A stretch of DNA of 64,000 bases. It comes from Convolutriloba macropyga (taxonomy: Eukaryota). The stretch spans positions 84,630,001-84,694,000 of the forward strand of contig NC_134469.1 of NCBI RefSeq assembly GCF_964194025.1, in the 5' to 3' direction. This document shows, piece after piece, positions 50,044 through 60,590 of this stretch (the first letter of the stretch is position 1; every line of letters starts with the position of its first letter). Both the position numbers and the translations under genes were made by a program. The notes beneath the pieces are model-generated. The model made no database searches. It was not told the origin of the DNA and saw nothing but the letters and a program-made list of their open reading frames with translations.

Positions 50044-50410
50044 AATTGCTCTCGAACGAAATTTGAAGCGATTTTTGTAAACTTGTGTTTTAATGTAAAA
50101 TTTTCGCTGGACCGTTTTGTTCTAGAACATTCTTTCGATTTCACTTCTCGAGTTACTGTTTCACTCTTGATGGTTTTTGAGTGGCTTGAATTGCTCGCAG
50201 TCGTAAATCAAGTCTGTTGCTACATTAAAACCGACTCTGAGCTATGACAGTGCATAGCCCCTGTAGAGTAGAGATAGATCAACATGCACAATTTTCCCTC
50301 AGGTTGCTTATTCGAACCCCACCCTAGTTAGAAATTTTGCACCATAATAGTTTATCTTCCCTCGATAGTCGTTAGGGAGCAATTGGTCCGACGTTAGTCG
50401 TTGGATCTTT
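50044..50410 (+). mobile_element. Family A HINE-like element
   Basis: AATTGCTCTCGAACGAAATTTGAAGC ... GTCGTTAGGGAGCAATT, CGACGTTAGTCG. Confidence 0.65.
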
Positions 50411-50851
50411 ATCTATTTTACTTATCTTTAGATAATGTGATGGATATTGTACGAGATCATACTTGATTGTGTGTGCATCGGAAATCAATAGCTATATTAA
50501 TCCTGCACGAAATTGAGTTGAGACGCAATAGAGTTACAACCAATAGACAATAATTTTATACGGTATTAATTTGGGAACATCTGTACTTCAATTCCACTAC
50601 CATTTGTACCAGTGTTAACCTATCCATTCACTGACTCTCTTCCACACTTGCGCATAACTTTGACTTGAAAACACATTTAAAACTATTCCAATTTGCAACC
50701 ACGTTTTCTCTAATCGAATTTTAAACATTCACGCCACAAAGTTATTGTTATCAGCCTAAGCTATACCATTTATGTGAGCTTATGTTGACATTATTTTGTT
50801 GTTCTTATTGGCCGCACAATTTGAAAACTGAGTGACGAAAGAAAAGCAGCG

Positions 50852-51098
50852 ATGGGCCTGGATCTACGTGTAGTGTTTTTACTGTTTGGGTTATGGGTGT
50901 CGGTTGTGTTAAACGAGAAGGCAGCACACAAGTCGAATGAAAAGTATGTCTACACAAAATTCGAAGGTTATGACATTGAACTGGAGCAGACTAAGAAACT
51001 GAATGGGCGAGAGATTGCCAAAATCAAATCCAGTGACAAGAAGAACTCTGATCTGGTCCTCCGATGCGAGGACAAATGTTCAGAGAGATATGAATCAG
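50852..51098 (+). CDS. Secreted/membrane MANSC (MANEC) domain protein, exon 1 (signal peptide + domain start)
   Basis: Hydrophobic N-terminus MGLDLRVVFLLFGLWVSVVL, then ...RCEDKCSERYES; donor CAG|GTATGT, phase 1. Confidence 0.75.
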
Positions 51099-53861
51099 GT
51101 ATGTTAATTAAGAATCACATCAATTAAGAGAGACCTCTTTTTAGAGGCATGCACTTAACTTGAAGTTTGCCATATTCTGTTAATCATCTCTCGAGTACTG
51201 CCTTGTATAGCACCTCAATTTTAACCTACAGAAGTGAACCTACATTTTTTCCCTTTTTGTACTATTGGTCTTGTTTTGAGAAAATAGGCGACGAAAAAGC
51301 CTTAAAATGCAGTTGTAACCAATGTCGTGAATGAGTTCTTTCAACAGCAGATGTTGTCCTGCTAAACTTCTGGCGTTTTGATGTTGAATTTGGATGTTAA
51401 GGCACATTGTTTGATGTTACAGCTTCCTTTAAATGAAGGTATTCGAGATGCATAAGGAGAACTGCAAAAAAATTTCTAAAATACCATCGGAGAACATGAG
51501 TAGTACACATAGTATAACTGTGAGTCGAATACCTGCCATTTTAAGACAAATCCGGTTATAAAGCATTACACGTTGCAAAACAGCTAAAAAACAACAGAAA
51601 CTGCAGCTAATATTGTTGTGTGATTCTGTCAAAATGACGGAATGTGGCCCATATTCTGTGGAAAAGCAGGTAGAAAAAGTCAGCCTTCTTGTATCGTTTA
51701 CACTAAACGTCATGTGACCCACAACTTTTCACATGCTCACATTGCAGTTCTACTTTCTTTTAATTTCAACCCACAAATTAATGAAATTTTTTTTCACCTC
51801 GTGTCGACGTACTAGCTTGAGGTGGAAGCTAAAGCGTTTGCGGAATTGCTTTAATTAAGTAAAGTTTATTAATTGCTCTCGGAAGAAATTTGAAGCGATT
51901 TTTGTAAGCTTGTGTTTAATGTAAAATTTTTGCTGGACCGTTTTGTTCTAGGACATTTTTTCGATTTCACTTCTCGAGTTACTGTTTCACTCTTGATGGT
52001 TTTTGAGTGTCATGAATTGCTCGCAGTCGTAAATTAAGTCTGTTGCTACATTAAAACCGACTCTGAGCTATGCCAGTGCATAGCCCCTGTAGAGTAGAGA
52101 TAGATCAATACGCACGACAGTATGGTTCTTACAGTTTTTTTAAATAAAAGGCAAAAACTGATTTTCAAAAGTAGTGTTTTTATTTTTCTTAAGAATTTTA
52201 TTTTTGCTTAAGAGTTTACGTTTTTGTCTGTAGGAAAAGGATGGCATGTTTTTTTGGTTCAAACAGTATAAGTACATTTCTCCAATGCACATAAAATGCT
52301 TTCGAATACTCCCAACGGTTCCGCTGAGAGAATTTAATGGTTGGTTTTGCAACTCTGGGAGGTATGTTGGAATATACTGTGCTACGTACATACGCCATCT
52401 TGTTTTATTTTTCTGTATCAAGGTTTGGTAGCAGCTGCCGAGCATCCATGCTAGAACTACAATGATAGCGGTGTTAATATTGTCCTTTATCGTTTTAAGT
52501 CTGTTGCTATAAGTGAGTGGTTATAGTACCAATCCTACAATCTTTGTTCCGAGAAGTGATAGACACTATAATTAGGTGTCACTCTCAATTATAACTAAAT
52601 TTGGATGCTGATGATGCTCGTGAAAATTCTAACTTATTTATTGTTGTGCTGATTGCTGGCGTATTCCAGGAACTGAGTCGTATTTTTTGCCGATATTGTG
52701 TGAAAAATGCATGCTTCCCTGTAATAGTATTGTTGTGATTCCGTCAAAATCACGGAATGTGGGCATATGTGGAAAACAAGGTAGAAAAAACCAGCCTTCT
52801 TGTATCGTTTACACTAACCGTCTTGTGACCTAGAGCTTTTCACATGCTAACATTGCAGATCTACTTTCTTTTCAATTTCAACCCTCGAATTAATGAAAAA
52901 AAGTTTTTTTCAACTTGTAGCGACGTACTAGCGTGAGGGTGAAGCTAAAGCGTTTGCGGAATTGCTTTAGTTAAGTAAAGTTTATTAATTGCTCTCGAAC
53001 GAAATTTTTATAAACTTTTGTTTTAATTCAAAATTTGATTATGACTTTTCAAGTTCTTTCGATTTGACTTTTCAAGTTACTGTTTCACTCTTGATGGTTT
53101 TTGAGTGGCTTGAATTGCTCGCAGTCGTAAATCAAGTCTGTTGCTACGTTAGAACCGACTCAGAGCTATGCCAGTGCATAGCCCCTGTAGAGTAGAGATA
53201 GATCAATACGCACGACAATATGGTTCTTACATTTTTTTAAATAAAAGGCAAAAACTGATTTTCAAAAGTAGTGTTTTTATTTTTCTTGTTTCTCTGGTTT
53301 TTATTTTTAACTCATAAATTTTTCTCTTTTTATTTGCAAAGTGTTTGATATGCCTTGAAAGACTGAAGGTTTCAGACGGATCGAGTTGGCTCAATCTGAA
53401 CTTGTTTTCAATTATATAGGTTTTTTTTAGAATATTTAGAGTGACTTTTAAAATGGCTTCTCAAGTTCATGAAAGAGTTGCGCTCAACTGAAAAGGAAAG
53501 ACGTTGTCGTCTATTGTTTTCTTGGAGTAATAGCGGAAATATTAATTTTTTTAACGAAGAAAGTGAAATTTGATTATTGTCTTCAAATCAATTGCTGTCT
53601 CTTTTGAGAGATCTATTGAGAATAGCTTTGGCCTAACATTCAGTTTGACAAACGGTGCTCTTTAATCTTGTTCTAAATAATTTTCAAAATGAGGAAATCT
53701 TTCTTTTTGGCAGTTTGTGTGGGAGTGAAAATAAGTGGCTTATATTTTCTTATTCAATTGACTAAACTGAAGGTGCTCTATAAAGACAGCCAAGGGAAAC
53801 TTTCCATCAGCATTGCCTTGTTTCGTATTTCTGCTCCTGCTTTTTAATTGTCGATATGTTT

Positions 53862-54212
53862 AATTGCTCGTGAACGAAGTTCATAGCGATTTTTGTAAAC
53901 GTGTTAGTCCTTTTTTTAATGCAAATTTTTCGCTTAACCATTTCGCGCTTTTCTTCTAGAACATTCATTGACTTCTCAAGTGACTTTCACGCTTCGTTCT
54001 TGAGTTTTGAGTGAACTGTATTGCTCTCACTCCAAAGTAAAGCTTGTTGCTAATATAAAATCAGTTGCAGCGTAACAAAAAGTAGGGCCTGATAGCCAAG
54101 TGGGAAGTGGCTCTGGTTAATGATTGTGAGGTCAGTGGTTCGAATCCCGTGGGGGTAAAGTGTCCCGGCTGTCGTTCAAGCAATTCTTCCGACATAAGTC
54201 GGTTTATGTTTT
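53862..54212 (+). mobile_element. Family A HINE-like element with tRNA-like cassette (54085-54155)
   Basis: AATTGCTCGTGAACGA ... TAGCCAAGTGG ... GGTTCGAATCCC ... GTCGTTCAAGCAATT, CCGAC-ATAA-GTCGG, TTTATGTTTT. Confidence 0.7.
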
Positions 54213-54699
54213 ACTCTATATATCTTTTAAACGCTATTTCCAGACAAGCGTAGAAGAAGCGTGAAATTAGCAATTCAGTTTTTAAAGAGTTTTTATTGAT
54301 ACAACGTTTGTATCCAGCCTAAATGACCTAACAAAGAAATTAGTTTGAGAGTTGGAACAATGAAACAACCAGAGTCTCTGTTCAAATTGGTTCAGTTTTT
54401 ATCCGCGGGAGAATGACGTTGATGCGCTTGCTCTTATTTTATGGAACTGAAGAGTACAAGAATGTTATGGCCTGTGCTGAGGAAAAGTTCTTCCAAGAGG
54501 ATTGGAAGGATGGTTATAATGATAAACAATCGGAAACGATTATACCGCACCTTTCTAATATTAAATACCGAAAAAAAATCTATCATGCCCACTACAAAAT
54601 TATAGGGGCTTTAGTCATTTCTGGCTAGAAAATGAGGATGCGCACGATTTCTTACGCCTTAGAAGCAAGAATCCTTAAATAGGGTAGGAAACTGGAAAG

Positions 54700-54883
54700 T
54701 GTAAAGCTTGTTGCTATCATAAAATCGGTTGCAGCTCAGCAAAAACAAAGGCCTGATAGCCGAGTGGTCAGTGCATTTGGTTTAGGATCGCGAGGTCAGT
54801 GGTTCGGATTCCGGTGGGGGCAAATGTTTTCCTCGCCGCCTGTCGTTTGAGTGCAATTCTTCCGTCATAAGTCGTTTTGTTTT
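54700..54883 (+). mobile_element. 5'-truncated family A element with tRNA-like cassette (54750-54821)
   Basis: A box TAGCCGAGTGG, B box GGTTCGGATTCC, then CCGCCTGTCGTTTGAGTGCAATT and decayed stem-loop. Confidence 0.65.
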
Positions 54884-56827
54884 ATTTTGGTAGCGAAAAA
54901 CAAACAGAGTCCGTTACTGGAAATAATTTTCAATAGTTGTAATGTGCATCTGTTGCAATCGGAATGATATCTGATTGGAATTGTGAATCTATTTTTTTTC
55001 TGGTCTCATATTTGGATGTTTCATTGCCATGTCTGGTGTGGGGAAGAATGTTTTAATGAAGGTTTTCTGATGCATATATATTCCTGCGGTCCAGAAAAGT
55101 TGATAGCAGTCCAGCCGAAAAAGTTGATAAGAATTCATATTTAGGTGTGCTTTCGATTTTTCTCCATTTTTTAAAAATTTTTCTGCCGTTTTCAACTTAA
55201 TAATACGAAACCGTCCTTTCTTGCTTCTTTGAAATATTTTTGTTGTAGGTACCGCACAGAGCAGCAATTTGCGGGTAATTTTGGCGGGATACAGGCGCTT
55301 ATTGCCGTTTTTATCTGGTACCCTAGTTTGCAATTGTATCATAATAATAGTGACTCGTGGCAACTTTTGTTCGGCTATCTTTGGGAGAGGTTTACCTAGT
55401 TGCTTACTGTATTTGTTCAACTGAGTATGGACCATGTGTCGGTGGATATTTGTGAGCGCTTTTTTTTTCTTTGCAATTTAATTGCTTCTTTGAATTGATT
55501 TGTACTTACAGCAAGAATTGTCACTTCTGGTTTGATTGGCCGCAACTTTATAGATTACTGAAATTTTGGATAGTTTTTTAGTTATAATCTGGCTAGTGCT
55601 TTGTTTTTTTCTTAGTTGTCCTTAGCTCTTTTGCTCTTTGAAATGAACCCAACAAATTAAAAATGTTAATATTGTGCACTCCATCTGTAGAGTGCATCCG
55701 GAAAAATTTTAGCCGCGAATTTTAAAAGCAATAGTGAAATTACAATGAACGAAGGACTTTAGGAAACGTATAAAAGGGCTTTTAGGCTCTTGAAGATTGC
55801 CAAACAATGACGCCGCCCTTCACCGGCTTATTTTTTGCACCCCTACGGAAAAAACGGAAAAGATCCCATTGAGCTTACAACTTGTTATGCTCATGCCTGT
55901 AATGAAATAAACTATTGCTCCCTTTAATTTAAGGATCTTTGAGGATGCTTGTTGTGATTGAAGTTGTCAAATTCAGGACATTTTGAAATTTCCAATTTAA
56001 AGAATTGTAACATCGTACAAGAGCTCCTTAATTGTTTCAAGTGATTTGAAGAATTTTCCCCCAAAGAATGCAGGGATGGGTTTTCTCTTGAAGGTTATAG
56101 ATGTTTGTTGAGTCTACGAACGTGTTTGAGGTGAAAATTTTTTATCGTTTTCTAAAACTTAGTAACGTACTGAGAAATGAGCAAAAAGGGACAAATGCTT
56201 GGCGAGCTCTGTAACCTCGCTTTTCGTTAATCCCCGTGAAGATCCTTCATTTTGTTTAAGTAATTGATTATTTTATTGCGAAATAGACTTTAGCTTTAAA
56301 GTTTTCTGCTACTACTTCCCATTACGTTATGCCACCAGTTATACAAGACTTGCCGATACTATTAAATCACGAAGTTAATATAGCACATGCGCACTATGCA
56401 AATACTATGCACTAAATAAGTGTGGGGGGGGCAAATGAGGGCAAAAGCAAGTAACTTTTGATTTGAAGAACCAGAATTCAAAATCCTGGTAGATTTTGAA
56501 TAAATGCTGAACTTTTTTATGGATTTAAATTGTGAAATATATGCAAATATCATTAGTTTGTTCCAAACTTACTTTTTTAGCACTAGAATCTTGATTCTTA
56601 TTTTGAAAAGATTTATAAATTGCAAGAATATAAGTTTAGAATCAGCTCGCAAGATTTGCTCATCACTGGGGAAGTCTCTTTCTCCTGATTGTCCGGATCA
56701 GTAAAAAAACAGAGCAGATGTGATTAAAACAGTTTGAACTCTTATACACTGGGAGACTTGGAAGTTGTCATGAAAATTAGGCATTTAATCCTTGAATTGC
56801 GTCAATTAAATTTGTGTTTTATTTAAG

Positions 56828-57025
56828 ATTGCAACATCATCATCTACAAAGCCGATGAAAATCAGTGTCTGCTAATGGATTGCGGGGAGAACGCAGAGAA
56901 CTGCTATTTCATATCGAGCGAGGACAGTAAGAGAAGTGGGAAGGGAGGGGGCGACACTATCATTCTGCAGAGGTCTCAAAACACAGAACGAGTCCATGTG
57001 AAAGAGAACGCATCTGATGCTCAAG
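56828..57025 (+). CDS. MANSC-domain protein, exon 2
   Basis: ttatttaag acceptor; (D)CNIIIYKADENQCLLMDCGENAENCYF completes a C-x3-C...CN...C.L..C...C.F cysteine pattern like MANEC of HAI-1/LRP11; donor AAG|GTAAGG. Confidence 0.75.
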
Positions 57026-57780
57026 GTAAGGGTCAGTTTTGAGGTAATCAACTATCCTTGTGATTGCAACCAACCGTTGCATAATTTGTCGATGAAGAAG
57101 CATGTTGCGCAATGAATACTATCAAAGTCTGAAAGCTGAGACCAAACTCAGCTATGGGATTAGACTACTTTTGATCAACTTGTTGCGATAACAAAAGTTG
57201 TATACCTTAACTATGGAATAACATATTAGCTCGGATGAACACTATAAAAATCTGAAACAGCAGCGAAATTCTTTTCCATCACTCTTCTCGCCACTGTTGC
57301 TATATTGAGATAGACTGCAGTTTGGCTTAAGCTATGCAATTGTTGTAACAACAAAGAGAGTTGTTTCAAAACATAATCACATTGTTGATTCGCGATTGCG
57401 ATGATTACCGTGCAGTACTAATATTTTTTGAAGCACTAGACATTACAGATGTAATAAAAAAAGTGCAGGCCATTGCAGCATGAAGTGTGTAGCAGAGGTT
57501 TAAATAGAGGCAGAAAAAAAACAGATTATCTGTTTGCAGCTATAAGCTGACTGGATGTTTCATAGACAGCTTTTGTCTTCTTTTATATCATTGTGATCTC
57601 CGTTTGAAACCAATAAGAAGATCTGCTATCAAATCGAATTTCCAATTTTGAGATCTTTGTTCCATTATTTTGATAGGTTTAGCTGCTGCCTTATTTTTGC
57701 TGCTGTTTATTCCAACTTTCAGCGATGTGTTCCAATTAGAAGTAAAGAATTGGGTCTAATGGCAAAGTTTGATTTTGTAG

Positions 57781-57912
57781 GTGTGTCGAACATGAGCAGT
57801 TCTGCTAAAACCCTTGTGAGAAAAGTTCCAGCGAAGGTTAATCTGACGGAGAAAAAACGAAATTCGTCTGCTCGAGCGAGAAAAAAGTCAATAGTGACTG
57901 AGACTGCTGCGA
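57781..57912 (+). CDS. MANSC-domain protein, probable exon 3 (S/T/K-rich)
   Basis: ttttgtag acceptor, open phase 1-1 frame VSNMSSSAKTLVRK...TETAA, donor A|GTAATT. Confidence 0.55.
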
Positions 57913-58046
57913 GTAATTATTTGCCTTCGATGTTGTCTTCCTAAGTACTCACTTTTTGTGCTAGAATGCATTGGTTGCTGCTTGGAAGTGTGGATGGGGC
58001 CCAACTCAAGTCAGAGTGGAGGACCTATATGCTCAAATGTTTTGTT

Positions 58047-59590
58047 AATAGCCGCGATAGCTGAGCGGAGCTATCATTGGCCTTCTCTTGGTTTTTACGA
58101 AATTTTGAAGTAGAGTGAGAAAAGGATGTTTGAACAAACATTTTCTTTCTAGATTGTGGTTTTTGTCCATATGCCGCAATTTTACTTGTGTTTACTGTTT
58201 TTTCCAGTTTTAAATGAGGATTTTTAAAGTTGTTAACCAATCATTCCTAGTAAAATATGGAGTTTTTTGTTTAGTGGATTTTTTCATTAAACTGTCTGTA
58301 TGCTAAATCAAATTTTGGCTGTCTTCTGTCCAATTTTTCTAGTTTAATTCTTTGGACTTCATTTTGTTTTATTGCTGTCAGCTTTTTGCACCCCGTCGGC
58401 TATTCGAAGTTTGGGTGTTTCATAATAGACTATTTTTTACAGTTAATTATTGTTCGATGTTCAATGAAATGTAGTTTTTGAGTTGCATTTTTTTACGTTT
58501 CCATGCTTATTTTTTTACAAAACACTTCAGTGTTTCGAATGGCTCTCAGCGTTTTTTGTTGACTGGAAGCTGGGCCAATATGTTTTTTATTTCGTATGTT
58601 CAACATTGCCGATATGAATATTTCTTTTTTTAAACATGGTCTTTTTAACCTCGTACTTTTTGGCTCCATTTCGCTTCTGGTAATTATCTATTATTCTTTT
58701 CTGGGTATAATTTGTCGGATGTTATGAAGTTTGCATTAATTTATCAATGTTTCTTGAAGTCTACCGCTAACTGTTATTAGTATTATGCTTATTGTCCTCC
58801 AGTTAGGAGTTCCCAATTTTAATGAATCAAATCAACCTTGGGACCAAATTAGAACAATTTTTGACACCTCAGAAAAACGGGCGTGAGAAAATGATTCCTG
58901 CGGACGTGGATTCGAATCCCGTTGGTAGTGGGATTTTGTGCTAAATGAGTTTGGTCGAATGTGTCTAAAAGTGTGCGACATACCCCCTTTTTATCACTAC
59001 TTTTGTTGTTTTGGGCGGGCAGAGAATGGTTGTTTTCCGATGAGAACTTGATTTTTGACTTTAACGACGTCTACTTTTAGTTCTCCTAAAATTCAACTTT
59101 TGTTCGATTGTTTCTTTGTTCAACTGAATTTCACCTAAAATTAAAGTGAGTAAAACTGCTGCGTTGCACAAGTTTTTGCTAAGATAGAGAAATTTTCGGT
59201 TCATGTGTTGAGTCAATGACTTAATGACTTTAATTTCGGCAAAATATTGCATGCAGCTAACTGTTTTAAGCCTTTTTTGTCCATTTGGCTTGTTTTGGAT
59301 GTTTTAGTACAAAATACTTTTCTTTAAGGTTGAAGGAACTCTGCAGTTGATTTTATGGTGAAGAACAGCCTATTAATAGGGCAAGAAGAGTTTTTACCCT
59401 TTGGTTCTTGTGTTTGTATAAGTAACCTGATTTCTTCAAAATATTATTTAAAGACTTATATTTGCAAGTACTAGACAAAATATTAGCATATAGAGGCGTT
59501 GGTTTTTTTGTATCAATCTTTTAGTTTGTATTTTGAGACTACGTGTCTGCAGAATTATTGCAGCTATTTCTGACACGGTCTGATCTTTTT
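58047..59590 (+). mobile_element. Family C copy, diverged
   Basis: ATAGCCGCGATAGCTGAGCGGAGCTAT start; AAAGTGAGTAAAA.TGC block (~59143) shared with 25590; TTGCAGCTATT near 59557. Confidence 0.5.
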
Positions 59591-59945
59591 TTGAAAGACC
59601 AACTTCATTGTTGGCTTTTATTAAATTTATATCTGAGGCTAGCAGCAGGCCACTTGGGGAATCTGAATTTGAGGGCTTTGATTTTAATACTGATTTTAAA
59701 ATCATGCATAGTGCATACGGGTCGGAACTGTCTGGGTAAACGCCCAGTTGGGTGAAGTTCTTTCTTAATTAAGGTTACGACAGTATTGACATAAAATAGG
59801 TAACATTTCTTGCAAGCGCTTTCTAGTGGTTTGTGAAAGGGGGTGACATTTTGAATGGATGAGCTTCTCAGTGTTGTTATGAAAGAGGATGTTGAATTGT
59901 GATGTTGAACTGTTTAACCAGGTCATTCGAATGCACACGTTGCAG

Positions 59946-60053
59946 CCAAAAAGTTAAAGTCATGGAAGGAAGGTGCCATTAAACTTACGAATATGGCTGC
60001 ACGACTTAGTGGTAGATCGCTTCTTAACAGCAATCGGACCCCTGCACGATCAA
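59946..60053 (+). CDS. MANSC-domain protein, probable exon 4
   Basis: ttgcag acceptor, open phase 1-1 frame KKLKSWKEG...NRTPARS, donor A|GTAAAT. Confidence 0.5.
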
Positions 60054-60377
60054 GTAAATGTTATCTACCTTCTTTTAAGAACAATAATTCCACACCTGCC
60101 AGGGCTGGAAAAATTTAATTGTTTAACATCGATAAAGGTTCTACATTAATTGCGTACATTTTCACAAACTTTTACTTTTCCCTACTTTTCGAGAAGTTAT
60201 TGAAGTGTTTGTGCTCTTTTCTTTTGTTTTGTGAGCGAAATTTAGTGACAAAATAACTGGGCCATCATCTACCTTTTGTGAATTGGGAATTTTTGGCAGC
60301 TCTGGAATGCAAAGCTGCTTTTGATTTGCTGCCTTGATTTTGTTCTGAGTCGTCTAGTCAAGTGCGTGATATTTTAG

Positions 60378-60482
60378 ACACTACAACTCGAAACGTCTCT
60401 AGGATGTATGTATCGCCGCCTGTCACTGTAATGGAAACTCAATCGAAGAAATCACAAGTGGTGGAAAGAAGTGTGTCTTCAA
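60378..60482 (+). CDS. MANSC-domain protein, probable exon 5 (mucin-like stalk)
   Basis: attttag acceptor, open phase 1-1 frame TTTRNVSRMYVSPPVT...RSVSS, donor A|GTAATT. Confidence 0.55.
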
Positions 60483-60590
60483 GTAATTAATCTTCGTCCG
60501 TAAATTAAACTAAGCTCTTTAAGCTTTGTAAAGGGAGGTTAAAATATATATTCTTAAGCTTGCTAAAACCTAATTTTTAAAATATAATGT

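Larger units (their letters stand above)
49268..53287. repeat. Local ~1-kb duplications: 49268-50282, 51611-52190 (partial), 52205-53287
   Basis: Long direct matches such as GGAAAAGGATGGCATG (49303/52232) and GAAGCTAAAGCGTTTGCGGAATTGC (three copies). Confidence 0.9.

Noticed and set aside
54413-54628. 71-aa ORF between two family A copies
   Set aside because: No recognisable motif or compatible splice phase with the MANSC gene.
54085-54821. Functional tRNA genes (also 1544-1617 and ~58900-58930)
   Set aside because: Acceptor and anticodon stems are broken and most of the sequences are embedded in repeats; treated as tRNA-derived.
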